Shown here: in pieces, positions 35,170-46,446 of the stretch
Layout: each line of letters begins with the position of its first letter
Numbering within the stretch: the first letter of the stretch is position 1
Source: an uncultured delta proteobacterium
GTDB lineage: Bacteria; Desulfobacterota; Syntrophorhabdia; Syntrophorhabdales; WCHB1-27
NCBI GenBank assembly: GCA_963810935.1
Contig: CAWEPK010000012.1
Location: forward strand, 416,691 to 480,690
Direction of reading: 5' to 3'
DNA length: 64,000 nucleotides
Translations under genes and position numbers: made by a program
Notes under the pieces: model-generated
Database searches by the model: none
The model's input: the letters and a program-made list of their open reading frames with translations, nothing else
Told to the model about the DNA's origin: nothing

Positions 35170-36354
35170 ATGGCGGAAGGCGACTACACTGTAACGATAA
35201 CGGCATCGGGCAAGACGAGGGCCGCGCTCGCAAGGGCGATAGGGCTCGCAGACGGCTTCAGCGTGCTTCCGGACGGGGCGGCAGGCGAGGCGGACCTTTC
35301 GATCATCGAGGTCGGCGACAACGTGGAAGAAGCGCTGCGCGCAGCAGGCGGCTTGCATTCCGCAGGGTCCACGGGCGAGGTCTTCCTTACCTCCGAGTCG
35401 CGCGCGGCGGAGCTGCTGATCGGCGCGATGAGGGCCGGGGCAAGGGAGTTCTTCTGCCAGCCCATCGACGAGCGGGAAGTGCAGGCTGCGCTACTGAAAT
35501 TCAAAGGCCGCGCAGGCCGCGCGCGCCCCGGCGCGATGCAAGAAAAAGACGGCAAGGTCATTGCACTGATCGGCGCGAAGGGCGGCGTAGGCACAACGAC
35601 AGTAGCCGTCAACCTCGCGGCAAGCCTCGCCGGTCTCGACGGCGGCGTCTCCACGGTGCTCGTTGACCTCGACCTGCCCCTCGGAGAGGCGCCGCTTTTC
35701 CTCGGCGCGAAGCCCGTCTTCGACTGGACGGAGGTCGGCTCCGACATCTCAAGGCTCGACGCCACTTACCTGATGAGCATCCTTTTGCGCCATTCATCGG
35801 GCCTGCACGTGCTCTGCGCTCCGCCGAACGCGGACAAAGGCAGCGGCCCCCTCCCCGCGACGGTCGATGCAGTCCTTTCGCACCTGCGCACTATGTTCGA
35901 CTTCATCGTCATCGACGCCGGGCGCGCCTCTTTCGACGGCGTCGCCCAAACAGTGCTCAAGGCGGCCGATGCGCTCCTTGTCGTCGCGAACCCTACCCTG
36001 CCGTGCGTCGTCAACCTGGGCAGGATCGTGGACGGCTTCCAGGCGCTCGGCTACCCGGCTGACGACGCAATCAGCATCGTCTTCAACCGGGCGAACCAGG
36101 ACGCAGGGATAACGCTTGCTCAAGCTGAGCAGACCCTGCGGAAGAAAATCTCCTGGCTCATCCCGAACGATTATAAAACATCGATCAACGCCATAAACAA
36201 CGGAGAGCCCCTGAGCGCATGCGCGCGCGGGAGCGAGCTGAACGAGCGCATCGGCCGCATGGCCGCAAGCCTCGCGGGCAGGTCGGCGCAAAAGGGCAGG
36301 AAAGGTTTTTTCTTCGGGCTCCTCTCCGACGGACACAGCCAGGCGAGAAGGTAG
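35170..36354 (+). CDS. cpaE: CpaE/TadZ pilus localisation ATPase
   Basis: AMRAGAREF, KGGVGTTTVAVNLA, IPND. Confidence 0.92.
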   Translation: MAEGDYTVTITASGKTRAALARAIGLADGFSVLPDGAAGEADLSIIEVGDNVEEALRAAGGLHSAGSTGEVFLTSESRAAELLIGAMRAGAREFFCQPIDEREVQAALLKFKGRAGRARPGAMQEKDGKVIALIGAKGGVGTTTVAVNLAASLAGLDGGVSTVLVDLDLPLGEAPLFLGAKPVFDWTEVGSDISRLDATYLMSILLRHSSGLHVLCAPPNADKGSGPLPATVDAVLSHLRTMFDFIVIDAGRASFDGVAQTVLKAADALLVVANPTLPCVVNLGRIVDGFQALGYPADDAISIVFNRANQDAGITLAQAEQTLRKKISWLIPNDYKTSINAINNGEPLSACARGSELNERIGRMAASLAGRSAQKGRKGFFFGLLSDGHSQARR

Positions 36355-36360
36355 GGAGAT

Positions 36361-37698
36361 ATGGAATTGATAAGACAAAAACAGGCAGGGCTTCAGGGAA
36401 ACCACGGGTATAACGAGCTGAAGAGCCGCGTCCACGAAAGGCTCATCGACATCCTCGACCTCTCGGTCATCGACTCGCTCGACAGGGAGCAATCGCGCCG
36501 GGAGATCAAAAAAGTAATCCAGGGGATACTAGCTGAAGACGGCTTCGCGATCCCCCTCAACTCGCAGGAGAGGGAACAGTTTTTGAGGGAGGTCCAGGAC
36601 GAGGTGCTCGGCCTCGGACCGATAGAGCCTTTCATGTGCGACCCGACGGTAACCGACGTCCTGGTCAACTCGCACAAGCAGGTCTACGTCGAGCGCAGCG
36701 GCAGACTCCACCTCACGGGCGCGCGGTTCAAGGACGAAGCGCACCTGAAGAAGATCATCGACAGGATCGTCTCGGCCGTGGGCCGCAGGGTGGATGAGTC
36801 ATCGCCTATGGTGGACGCGAGGCTTGCCGACGGGTCGAGGGTGAACGCGATCATTCCGCCGCTCGCCATCGACGGCTCGGTGCTCTCGATCAGGCGTTTC
36901 TCGGCAGACCCGCTCGAGGCCGAAGACCTGATCGCCCTGGGCACCATGACGCCCGACATAGCAATGGTGCTCCAGGGCATCGTCAAGGCGCGGCTCAATG
37001 TGCTCATCTCCGGCGGCACGGGCACAGGCAAGAGCACCATGCTCAACGTGCTCTCCCGCTTCATCCCCGCCAACGAGCGGGTCGTCACGATAGAGGACTC
37101 GGCGGAGCTTCAGTTGAAGCAGGAGCACGTCGTCCGCCTGGAGACGAAGCCCGCAAACATCGAAGGCAAGGGCGAGGTCAGCCAGGGAGACCTCGTCCGC
37201 AACAGCCTGCGTATGCGGCCGGACCGCATCATAGTCGGCGAGGTGCGCGGCGCGGAAGTGCTCGACATGCTCCAGGCGATGAACACCGGGCACGACGGGT
37301 CGCTGACCACGATACACGCCAACTCCCCGCGCGACGCGCTCCTTAGGCTGGAAACGCTCGTCGCCATGTCGGGCCTCACCATACCGAACGACGCGGTCCG
37401 CCGGTACGTCGCCTCCGCCCTCGACGTCATCGTCCAGGTCGCCCGCCTCCTTGACGGCAGCAGGAAGATAGTGTCGCTTCAGGAGATCACGGGCATCGAG
37501 GGCAACATCATTACGATGCAGGAGCTATTCCGCTTCGACCAGGCAGGCGTCGATGACCAGGGCAAGGTGAAGGGGTCGTTCCGGAGCACGGGCGTCATGC
37601 CGCAGTTCGTCGAGAAGTTCAAGGCGCTCGGCGTCACCGTGCCTCAAGGGGTCTTCGAGGGAGGGATGGCGGCCACGGGCAGGCGGGGCGCGCGATGA
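36361..37698 (+). CDS. cpaF: CpaF/TadA assembly ATPase
   Basis: [38 protein letters not shown]. Confidence 0.96.
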   Translation: MELIRQKQAGLQGNHGYNELKSRVHERLIDILDLSVIDSLDREQSRREIKKVIQGILAEDGFAIPLNSQEREQFLREVQDEVLGLGPIEPFMCDPTVTDVLVNSHKQVYVERSGRLHLTGARFKDEAHLKKIIDRIVSAVGRRVDESSPMVDARLADGSRVNAIIPPLAIDGSVLSIRRFSADPLEAEDLIALGTMTPDIAMVLQGIVKARLNVLISGGTGTGKSTMLNVLSRFIPANERVVTIEDSAELQLKQEHVVRLETKPANIEGKGEVSQGDLVRNSLRMRPDRIIVGEVRGAEVLDMLQAMNTGHDGSLTTIHANSPRDALLRLETLVAMSGLTIPNDAVRRYVASALDVIVQVARLLDGSRKIVSLQEITGIEGNIITMQELFRFDQAGVDDQGKVKGSFRSTGVMPQFVEKFKALGVTVPQGVFEGGMAATGRRGAR

Positions 37699-38666
37699 GC
37701 CTTATCGCCGCCGGCTTCGTCTTTATCTGCGTAATGTGCGCAATAGAGGGCCTTTTCCTTGCCGCGCAATCGAAGATAGACCCCACGGCGAAGAAAGTGC
37801 GCAGTCAGCTCCGGGCAGCGGCTGCGGAGCGCTTCGGGGGCGGCGGCGAGGGGCTGAGCGTCGTCCATCTGAGGGTCTTCAGCTCCGTGCCGGGACTCAA
37901 CCGCCTCTTAAGCGGCATCTCCATTATGCAAAAGCTCGACAGGCTGCTGCTCCAGGCCGGGGCGACGCGCCCCTTGGGTTTCTTTGTCCTACTGGGCCTC
38001 ATCCTCGCCGTCTGCGCGGCGTACGGGGCAACCCTCCTCACGCATACCGCACTTGCTGCAATCCCCGCGGCGGCAGCAGGCGGGTTTGCGCCTTTCATCA
38101 ATCTGCTCATGCAGAAAAAGCGGCGCATGAAGAAATTCGAGGCCCAGTTGCCGGAGGCGCTGGAGCTTATGGCCCGCTCTTTGCGGGCAGGCCATGCATT
38201 TTTGGGCGGCCTCCAGATGGCGGCGCAGGAGTTCGACGACCCGATGGGGACGGAGATGCAGAAGACCGTCGCCCAGATCAACCTGGGAGTCAGCGTCGAG
38301 CAGGCGCTCAAGAACCTCACGAGCCGCGTCGATTGCCAGGACCTTAAATTCCTCGCGGTCGCCATTATCATCCAGCGCGAGAGCGGAGGGAACCTGACGG
38401 AGATCCTGGAAAGCATCGCCACCCTCATACGCGAGCGGTTCAAGCTCCACGGGAAGGTCAGGTCGCTTTCGGCCGAGGGGAAGCTGTCCGCGATCATCCT
38501 TACCGCCCTGCCCTTCGTTATAACCCTCATGCTCGCGGTGGTAAACCCTTCCTATCCGAGGGCGCTGTGGGAGGACCCGTCAGGCAGGATGATGGCCTTC
38601 GCCGCGATCATGATGATGGGCGCCGGGATTGCCGTCATGAAGAAAATGAGCGCGATAAAGGTGTAA
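37695..38666 (+). CDS. tadB: TadB inner-membrane platform protein
   Basis: [33 protein letters not shown]. Confidence 0.93.
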   Translation: MSLIAAGFVFICVMCAIEGLFLAAQSKIDPTAKKVRSQLRAAAAERFGGGGEGLSVVHLRVFSSVPGLNRLLSGISIMQKLDRLLLQAGATRPLGFFVLLGLILAVCAAYGATLLTHTALAAIPAAAAGGFAPFINLLMQKKRRMKKFEAQLPEALELMARSLRAGHAFLGGLQMAAQEFDDPMGTEMQKTVAQINLGVSVEQALKNLTSRVDCQDLKFLAVAIIIQRESGGNLTEILESIATLIRERFKLHGKVRSLSAEGKLSAIILTALPFVITLMLAVVNPSYPRALWEDPSGRMMAFAAIMMMGAGIAVMKKMSAIKV

Positions 38667-38668
38667 CG

Positions 38669-39629
38669 ATGGACCTTCCTCCTTTCATGCAGGCAGCTAT
38701 AATCTTCTGTGTCCTTGCCGGCGCGCTGGCCGCAGGGGTCGCTTATCTCTCGCGCGCGGGCGAGCGGCGCAGACTGACCATAAGGATAGAGGCAGCCGGG
38801 GCCGCAGGCGTGCCGGGTTCCGATGGCGCAAATGACGCGACCCCCGCAAAGCCGGCAGTCATCGTGCAGTTGAGGCAGCTCGTCGCGCGCCTCGGCGACG
38901 CTGCAAAACCGAAGAACGCGGAAGAGCTGGGCCGGTTCAACAGGCGCTTCTCGCAGGCGGGCATCAGAAGCAAAAACCCGGTAGTCGCCTTCTTCGGGGC
39001 CAAGGCGTTATGCTCAGGGCTTATGGCTGCGGCCGCGCTCTCCTTCCAGTTGTTCTCGGCAAGGCAGATGAGCGCGACGGCCCTTATGCTCGCTTTCCTC
39101 GCTCCTGTCGCGGCAGGCTTTTACCTCCCTAACCTCTGGCTTTCGTGCAAGGTTTCCAAAAGGAAAGAACACCTCGCCCTCGGCCTTCCCGACGCCCTCG
39201 ACCTGCTCGTTGTCTGCGTCGAGGCGGGCATGGGCCTGGACGCGGCGATCAAGCGCGTCGGCGAGGAGATGCGCCTTTCCAGCAGAGGAGATCAGCGAGG
39301 AATTCGGGCAGCTCAACCTGGAGCTGCGCGCGGGCAAATCGCGGCGCGACGCCCTGAAGGACCTTGCCTCCAGGACCGGCCTCGACGAGCTGAACGCCCT
39401 TGCGACGCTGCTCGTCCAGTCGCAGAAGTTCGGCGCGAACGTCGGCCAGGCGCTGCGCATCCATGCGGACTCGATGCGGGGCAAGCGCTCGCAGCGGGCG
39501 GAAGAGCTGGCGGCGAAGCTCCCCATCAAGCTGCTTTTCCCGACGGTCTGCTTCATCTTCCCGTCCCTCTTCCTGGTGCTGATGGGACCGGCGCTCATCC
39601 AGGCGTACCGGATGTGGACCGTGCATTAA
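38669..39629 (+). CDS. tadC: TadC, with a frameshift near 39287
   Basis: LPDALDLLVVCVEAGMGLDAA in one frame; EEF..LNLELRAG...KLLFP in the other. Confidence 0.88.
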
Positions 39630-39673
39630 AAAGCAAAACCCGGCCCCTGCAATATGGCCCAAGGAGACCAATC

Positions 39674-40639
39674 ATGAGAATCCCGACGATCTTAGCAACA
39701 ATGCTGCTCGCTGCAAGCCTTGCCCTCTGCGGGTGCGCGTCGCAGACGGGGCAGCAACAGGCGGCAGCCTCGACGGCAGGCGAATACAAACGGTTGCTGG
39801 AGCAGCAAAAACAGCGCAATGCGGCTGTGGCGGCCCCGGATGAATCATCAAAGAAGCGGCCGCCTCTCGACGCGGACGGCCACGAGCGGGCCGGGGACAG
39901 CTACGGCAGGCAAGGCAACGGCCTTATGGCCGTAGTCGAGTACACGAAGGCCCTCGCCCTCGATCCCGACAGGAACGGGGTCCGCTGCAAGGCGGGCCGC
40001 ATCCTCGTGCAGCGCGGTATGGCGGCCGACGGAATAAAGCAGTTCGAGGAGGCCCTCAGGCGGGACCCTGCCAGCCCCCAAGCGCATTTCTGGCTGGGTC
40101 TCGCCCTCCTCTTATCAGGCAAACAGGAAAAAGCCGAAGAAAGCCTGCGCAGCGCCGCTAAGCTCGACCCGTCGCTCTGGCAGGCCTACGTCTGCCTCGG
40201 CATCATCTATGACCGGCGCAAGCTCTATTCGACGGCCATCACCGAATATGACAGGGCGCTTGCAATCAACCCCGCTTCCGCCGCGGTCCTCAACAACCGG
40301 GGCGTCTCCTGCTACCTGAACGACGACTGCGCCAAATCGGCCCGCTCGTTCATCGCCGCCCTGCGTATAGACCCGGCGAACGCGAAGTTGTACAACAACC
40401 TGGGCCTTGCCTATGCCTGCCTGGGGAAGTTCGATGACGCCCTGGAGGCGTTCAGGAAGGCCGGCAGCGCGGCGACCGCCCAGAACAACATAGGCTGCCT
40501 CTACATGGCGCAGGGGAGATACAGGGAGGCGGCCAGGGCCTTCCAGGAGGCGATGGACGCAAGTCCGACGTTTTACGTGAAGGCGCAGGAAAACAGGGAC
40601 AGGCTGGCTGCGGCGATCAGGGAACAGGAGCAGGACTAA
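39674..40639 (+). CDS. TadD-like TPR lipoprotein
   Basis: AAGGAG RBS before ATG 39674, lipobox LCGC, TPRs with NNLG/NNRG. Confidence 0.85.
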   Translation: MRIPTILATMLLAASLALCGCASQTGQQQAAASTAGEYKRLLEQQKQRNAAVAAPDESSKKRPPLDADGHERAGDSYGRQGNGLMAVVEYTKALALDPDRNGVRCKAGRILVQRGMAADGIKQFEEALRRDPASPQAHFWLGLALLLSGKQEKAEESLRSAAKLDPSLWQAYVCLGIIYDRRKLYSTAITEYDRALAINPASAAVLNNRGVSCYLNDDCAKSARSFIAALRIDPANAKLYNNLGLAYACLGKFDDALEAFRKAGSAATAQNNIGCLYMAQGRYREAARAFQEAMDASPTFYVKAQENRDRLAAAIREQEQD

Positions 40640-40671
40640 GAAGGAAGGCTATAGCTGAAAAATTGAATTAC

Positions 40672-40824
40672 TTACGGACGGGCCAGGCGCGTGGAGCGGC
40701 GGCGGTCGGTCTGTTTTTCGCGCTTGCTGCCCGTCTTGAAGCGGTCGAACAGCTTGCCTGCTATGAACGCGACGACCAGGAACACGGAAGCCATACCGAA
40801 AACGAGTATCTGCGCCTCGTTCAT
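40672..40824 (-). CDS. 50-aa single-TM small protein (not in the ORF track)
   Basis: GAGGGGG RBS; MNEAQILVFGMASVFLVVAFIAGKLFDRFK plus basic tail. Confidence 0.6.
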   Translation of the reverse strand: MNEAQILVFGMASVFLVVAFIAGKLFDRFKTGSKREKQTDRRRSTRLARP

Positions 40825-41082
40825 GCCTCTGCCTACCCCCTCAATTACTGCCGGGGCGCTGCGCCCCGCCTTACCAGTGCAGAAAGCCTCGTCGTCGACT
40901 GCTAAAGTAACGTTTGAGACATTCTACCACCTTTAGGACCGATCAAGTCAACAAAAATATTTACAACCGGGGAGGGCCGGAGCGAGCCTTCCGGGCGGGT
41001 CGACTGCCTGACCCATTCGTCGAGGATGGGCAAGTCTTATATTGAATAAAAACAGCGTTTAAGCCGTTGCCGGGGATGAGAT

Positions 41083-42642
41083 ATGCTGAAGAGTCCGTGT
41101 GAAGAAGGGCTGGGGCGCAAGGCCGGGGCGGGCAGAGGCAAGACCGTTGCCGGCCCCTGGATACTGGCCGTTACGATACTCGGGTCGAGCATGGCCTTCA
41201 TCGACGGAACGGTAGTAAACGTGGCCCTGCCCGTGCTTCAGAATGCGCTCCACGCGACGATGGCGCAGGTCCAGTGGGTCATCGAATCTTACGCGCTATT
41301 CCTCGCCGCGCTCCTTCTTCTGGGCGGCTCTTTGGGCGACCGGTACGGCCGCCGCCTTGTTTATATGACCGGCATCACGGTCTTCGCCACAGCGTCCGTC
41401 TGGTGCGGCCTTTCGCCGGATATACATCAGCTCATAGTCGCAAGGGCCTTTCAGGGGGTGGGCGCGGCCCTTCTCGTACCGGGAGGCCTCGCCATCATCA
41501 GCGCCTCCTTCAGCGAAGAAGACCGTGGACGGGCGATAGGCACATGGTCCGGGTTTACTGCCATAACGGCAGGCGTGGGTCCCGTCTTAGGCGGCTGGTT
41601 GGTCGAGCACCTCTCCTGGCGGTCGATTTTTTTCATCAATATTCCCATCGCCGTCGCAGTTATAGGGCTGTCGATCCTCCATGTCCCTGAAAGCCGCAGC
41701 GCAAAAGAGGGCGCAAAGCTCGACTGGCCCGGCGCCCTTCTGGCGACGCTTGCGCTGGGCCTGCTCGTGTTCGGCCTGATCGAATCATCGGCAAGCGGGT
41801 GGACCCGGCCCGTGGTATTCGGCCCGATCCTCGCCGGTCTCACGTTCCTTGCAGCTTTTATCGTATTGGAAAGCCGGTCGCCTTCACCGATGATGCCCCT
41901 GGGCCTCTTCCGGTCGAGGACGTTCAGCGGGGCAAATCTCGTAACCCTCTTCCTCTACACTGCACTTGGCGGGGCGCTCTTTTTCCTCCCCTTCAACCTG
42001 ATACAGGTGCAGGGATATTCGCCGACGGAGGCCGGCGGCGCGCTGCTGCCCTTCATCCTGCTGATGTTTTTCCTGTCGCGGTGGACCGGAGGGCTCGTCT
42101 ACAGGTACGGCTCGAGACGCCCGCTCGTAGCCGGTCCCCTCATCGCAGGCTGCGGCTTCGCTCTGCTTGCGCTGCCGGACGTGGGCGGAAGCTACTGGCG
42201 CACGTTCTTCCCGGCCGTGTGCGTGCTGGGACTCGGCATGGCAGTGAGCGTAGCCCCTCTCACAACTACCGTCATGGGTGCAGCCGGCACCGACAGGGAA
42301 GGCATCGCGTCGGGCATCAATAACGCCGTAGCGCGGGCCGGGCCGCTGCTTGCCGTGGCCGTCTTCGGCGTCATACTGGCGTACGTTTTCAGCGCGCACA
42401 TCGACGTAAGCTTATCGAAGATAGACCCCACAGTCTACCGGGCAATAGCCGAACAAAAGGCAAAGCTGGCCGCGATAGCGATCCCCTCCGGCACGTCCGC
42501 CGGCCTCGCCGCTATCGTCAGGCAGGACATTCTGCAATCCTATGTAGCCGGTTTCAGATGGGTAATGGCAGCAAGCGCCTTCCTTTCTTTCCTGAGCGCA
42601 ATGAGCTCATGGGCCTTCCTGCGGGGAAAAAGCCGAGGTTGA
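41083..42642 (+). CDS. MFS transporter, DHA2 (14-TM) family
   Basis: MAFIDGTVVNVALP, GSLGDRYGRR, GPVLGGWL. Confidence 0.93.
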   Translation: MLKSPCEEGLGRKAGAGRGKTVAGPWILAVTILGSSMAFIDGTVVNVALPVLQNALHATMAQVQWVIESYALFLAALLLLGGSLGDRYGRRLVYMTGITVFATASVWCGLSPDIHQLIVARAFQGVGAALLVPGGLAIISASFSEEDRGRAIGTWSGFTAITAGVGPVLGGWLVEHLSWRSIFFINIPIAVAVIGLSILHVPESRSAKEGAKLDWPGALLATLALGLLVFGLIESSASGWTRPVVFGPILAGLTFLAAFIVLESRSPSPMMPLGLFRSRTFSGANLVTLFLYTALGGALFFLPFNLIQVQGYSPTEAGGALLPFILLMFFLSRWTGGLVYRYGSRRPLVAGPLIAGCGFALLALPDVGGSYWRTFFPAVCVLGLGMAVSVAPLTTTVMGAAGTDREGIASGINNAVARAGPLLAVAVFGVILAYVFSAHIDVSLSKIDPTVYRAIAEQKAKLAAIAIPSGTSAGLAAIVRQDILQSYVAGFRWVMAASAFLSFLSAMSSWAFLRGKSRG

Positions 42643-42779
42643 ACGTTGCACTTCCGCGTATTCCCCGCCCGTTCCGCGAGTCCGGGAGCAATATTTGCTC
42701 GACCCGGACCCACTGCAAATGTTAGAATCGCTTATTGCATACCTGTCTTACGGGGACAAAATAACGAGGAGGGGTTTTC

Positions 42780-43633
42780 ATGAGCGTCAATACAATCGGT
42801 ATTGTAGGGATCGGCAGCATGGGGAACGGCATCGCGCAGGTCGCCGCGCAGTCGGGATTCAGCGTGATAGTCCGCGACATGGACGAGAAGATACTCGCCA
42901 AAGGCATCGGCAGCATCGATAAGTTCCTGTCCAAGAGCGTCGAGAAGGGCAAGATGACGGCGGAGCAGAAAGCGGCCGTGCTCGGGCAGATCAAGACTAC
43001 AACCAAAATCGAAGACCTGAAAGCAGCAGACTTCATCATCGAGGCGGCCTTCGAGTCGATGGACGTCAAGAAGAAGATCTTCGCGGAGCTCGACGAGCTG
43101 ATGGGGAAAGACGTCGTCCTCGGGACCAACACGTCGTCCATGTCGATCACGGAAATTGCTACCGCCACCAAGAGGCCGGACAAGGTCGTGGGCGTCCACT
43201 TCTTCAACCCCGTGCCGCTCATGAGGCTGGTCGAGATCGTCAGGGGCCAGCTTACCGGCGACGCAGCCGTTGCCGAGACTGCCGCGGTCGTGAAGAAGCT
43301 GGGGAAGGAATCGATAGAGGTAAAGGTCGACGTGCCCGCGTTCGTCGTCAACCGCCTCATGATACCCCACTTCATCGAGGCCATGAAGCTGCTGGAGCAG
43401 GGGATCGCGACGAAAGAGGACATCGACAAGGCCGCCAAGATGGGCCTCAACTACCCGATGGGCCCCTTCGAGCTGATGGACTTTACCGGGCTGGACATCA
43501 ACCTGATGGTGAACGAGTACCTGCGCAAGGAGCTGCCCAGGAGCTTAAGTGGCAGTCGTCGCTTGAGCTTAAAAACCTGGTAAAGGCCGGCAGGCTGGGC
43601 AGGAAAACAGGCGCAGGCTGGTATACCTACTAG
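42780..43633 (+). CDS. hbd: 3-hydroxyacyl/3-hydroxybutyryl-CoA dehydrogenase, with a frameshift near 43537
   Basis: GIGSMGNGIA, TNTSS, HFFNP, PMGPFELMD; conserved GRLGRKTGAGWY tail in another frame to TAG 43633. Confidence 0.9.
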
Positions 43634-43638
43634 AAGTG

Positions 43639-43690
43639 GGCGGCCGGGTTGATTTGGCGGCTATCCAAATTTCCCCCGGCCGCCTTCTTT
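43639..43690 (+). terminator. Intrinsic terminator
   Basis: GGCGGCCGGG/CCCGGCCGCC stem followed by TTCTTT. Confidence 0.7.
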
Positions 43691-43772
43691 TGCGCGAGTC
43701 GGCCTGTGATACGTGAGATATCCGGATGGAAAAATATCGGATTGCGCGCTATAATTACGCTACGGAGGAAGT

Positions 43773-43994
43773 GTGAGCATTCTGGCAGAAAAAGAAATCC
43801 TTTGCCTCAGCGTATCGGAGCGCATACAACTGGCCCAGGATATATGGGACAGCGTCGCAGAGGTGCCCGAGTCCCTCGCGTTAAGTGACCAGGAAAAAGC
43901 CGAGATTGACAGGCGGCTCGACCTCTACCACAAGGATCCGGCCGCAGGTTCACCCTGGTCGGTCGTTCGGGACAGAATCAGAACGCGATCGTGA
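43773..43994 (+). CDS. Addiction-module antitoxin (TIGR02574-like)
   Basis: LSVSERIQLAQDIWDS...EIDRRL...PW. Confidence 0.88.
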   Translation: MSILAEKEILCLSVSERIQLAQDIWDSVAEVPESLALSDQEKAEIDRRLDLYHKDPAAGSPWSVVRDRIRTRS

Positions 43995-44287
43995 ACCGCC
44001 AGTTGATAATCCGGCCCGACGCCGAAGTCGATATCGCGCAAGCCTTCGATTGGTATAACAGCCGGGTCCCCGGCCTCGGCGAACAATTCCTGCTTGCCCT
44101 GGACGCTGCTTTCAATTCCGTTCTCAGAAATCCGCTGATACATCCCGAAGTGTACAAAACCGTTCGGAGGGCGTTAACCAGAAGGTTCCCCTTTGCCGTA
44201 TTCTATCTGGTCGAAGAAACTGGCGTAATAGTTCTCAGCGTTTGCCACGTGCGGAGGAACCCGCAGACGTGGAAAACCAGGGCATAA
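43991..44287 (+). CDS. RelE/ParE family toxin
   Basis: AEVDIAQAFDWY...GLGEQF...RRFPFAVFY...H.RRNP. Confidence 0.9.
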   Translation: MNRQLIIRPDAEVDIAQAFDWYNSRVPGLGEQFLLALDAAFNSVLRNPLIHPEVYKTVRRALTRRFPFAVFYLVEETGVIVLSVCHVRRNPQTWKTRA

Positions 44288-44308
44288 TCCTTCCTTGCAA
44301 AGAGAGCT

Positions 44309-44988
44309 TTAACCGCCTCCCTTACTTTCGGCTATCCTGCGCGCGGCTTCGGTGAAGAGCATGTAGTTGGCGGCGGGGTCTCCTTTCAGGAATATCCTGC
44401 TGCCGACTGCCGCCGCGTCTGCGCCTGCGCGCCATATGTCCGCAAGGTTTTCGGGAGAGACGCCGCCGTCCACGGATATCTCTTTCGCCGGGAACATGCG
44501 GCGCGCATCGCGCACTTTATCGAGCACCTCCGGATGGAAGGGACTGCCGTAGCGGCCGGGGTCGACGGTCAAAAAAAGCAGGCTCCCTGCCTCTGCCGCG
44601 ATCTCCGCGTAATCCTCAAGCTGCGTCTCCGGCCTGAAGGCGACGCCCGCCTCCATGCCGCCTTGCGTGATGTGGGCGATTGCATCGAGCGGATCGGCCG
44701 CAGATTCGATGTGGAATATCACTTTTTTCAGGCCGGGGTTGTGCATCCTGCCGAGCCAGTCGATGGGGTCGGTCACCATAAGGTGCGCCTCGAAGGAAAG
44801 GCGCGTCTCGAGCCTCGCAAGCATCTCCGGCGCGAAGCTGCGCGACGGCACGAACGCGCCGTCCATCATGTCGACCTGGACGTAATCGGCAAAGACCTCC
44901 GCCTGCCTGATGCGGACTGCGAAATCCTCCCACGTCTCGGCGAGGACCGCCGGTACGATCCTTATCGGGCGGCGCTGCGCGCTATCAA
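44309..44988 (-). CDS. rpe: Ribulose-phosphate 3-epimerase (start uncertain; possible frameshift near 44968)
   Basis: IVPAVL, DMMDGAFVP, EAHLMV, VDGG, VGS. Confidence 0.85.
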
Positions 44989-46403
44989 TCCCACTCCGTA
45001 TGGAAGCTGCCTTCCTTATCCAATCGCCTGTAAGTATGGGCTCCGAAATAATCCCTTTGCGCCTGGGTGACGTTGGCGGGCAGGCGGGCGCTGCGGTAGC
45101 CGTCGAGGTAGGCGAGGCAGGACGCCATGGCGGGCGCGGGTATGCCGCTTTGGGCCGCAGCAATGATGACTGTCCGCAGGGCCGCCTGGTCCTCCGCAAC
45201 CATTCCGGCAAAAGCAGCGTCGAGGAGCAGGTTAGGCAGGTCGGGCCGCGCTTTGAAGGCTGCACGGATAGGATCCAGGAGCCACGAGCGGATGATGCAG
45301 CCGCCCCGCCAGATGCGCGCCACGGTCTCAAGCTTAAGCCCGTAGCCGTATACGGCCGATGCGGCCCGGAGCTGCGCCATGCCCTGGCTGTATATAATGA
45401 CCATCGAGGCGCGCAAGGCCCCTTCAAGCTCGCCGATGAAGGCGCGCTCGTCCTTCACGTCGCCGATATCGTATGCAGGGCCGGTCAGCAGGCCCGATGC
45501 CTCCTGCCGCTCTGCCCTGAGGTCCGAGAGGTCGCGCATGGCGACCGCCGCGTCGATGGCAGGTACGGGCACGCGCAGTTCCATCGCGTCCTGCGCGGTC
45601 CACATGCCTGTGCCCTTCTGGGCTGCCTCATCGACTATCGCCTCTACGAGAGGGCGTCCCGTCGCATCATCGATCTTTGCGAGGACTCGGCCCGTGATCT
45701 CGATAAGGTAGGCGGGCAGCGGACCGGCGTTCCATTTGTCGAAGACCTGGCCTATGCGCGTTTCCGTAAGGCCGAGCCTGCGCTTCATGAGGTCGTAGAC
45801 TTCTGCGATGGCCTGCATCACGCCGTACTCGATGCCGTTGTGCACCATCTTGACGTAGTCGCCAGCGGAGTGCGGCCCGAGCCAGGCGACGCACGGCTCT
45901 CCGCCCGCCTTCGCTGCTGCCGCCTCCAGGATGGGCCGGACGCGCTCCCATGCGCCTTCCGGGCCGCCCGGCATGATGCTCGGGCCTTTTCGCGCGCCTG
46001 CCTCGCCGCCGGAGACGCCGACGCCCATGTAGAGTATGCCTTTGCCTTCGATGCGGCCGGCTCGCGCATCCGTATGCTTAAAGTACGAGTTACCGCCGTC
46101 GAGCAGGACGTCGCCTGCCGAAAGGTGCGGCAGGATTGCGTCGATCACCGCGTCCACCGGAGGCCCCGCAGGCACGAGCATCATCGCTGCGCGCGGCAGG
46201 CGCAAGGCCGCCGCAAGCTCGCCCATAGAGGCTACGCCCCGCGCGGGCAGGCTGCCTGCCTCCTGCCCGAGCGCCGCGACCTTCGATGAGTCCGTATCGT
46301 AGCCGGCCACCGAGAAGCCCTTTTCAGCCATGTTGAGCGCCAGGTTGCGCCCCATGACGCCGAGCCCGATCATACCGATGTCGAATGTGCCTGGAGCCGC
46401 CAT
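44985..46403 (-). CDS. gnd: 6-phosphogluconate dehydrogenase, NADP-dependent
   Basis: GLGVMG, DGGN, VKMVHNGIEY, QKGTG, QRDYFGAH. Confidence 0.96.
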   Translation of the reverse strand: MAAPGTFDIGMIGLGVMGRNLALNMAEKGFSVAGYDTDSSKVAALGQEAGSLPARGVASMGELAAALRLPRAAMMLVPAGPPVDAVIDAILPHLSAGDVLLDGGNSYFKHTDARAGRIEGKGILYMGVGVSGGEAGARKGPSIMPGGPEGAWERVRPILEAAAAKAGGEPCVAWLGPHSAGDYVKMVHNGIEYGVMQAIAEVYDLMKRRLGLTETRIGQVFDKWNAGPLPAYLIEITGRVLAKIDDATGRPLVEAIVDEAAQKGTGMWTAQDAMELRVPVPAIDAAVAMRDLSDLRAERQEASGLLTGPAYDIGDVKDERAFIGELEGALRASMVIIYSQGMAQLRAASAVYGYGLKLETVARIWRGGCIIRSWLLDPIRAAFKARPDLPNLLLDAAFAGMVAEDQAALRTVIIAAAQSGIPAPAMASCLAYLDGYRSARLPANVTQAQRDYFGAHTYRRLDKEGSFHTEWD

Positions 46404-46446
46404 ATTTCACCTACACCTTATGCGTTAATACTTTAGCGTATCAGTT

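Noticed and set aside
38567..40639. 690-aa TadC-TPR fusion in the ORF track
   Set aside because: Artefact of the tadC frameshift; the TPR gene has its own RBS, ATG and lipobox at 39674
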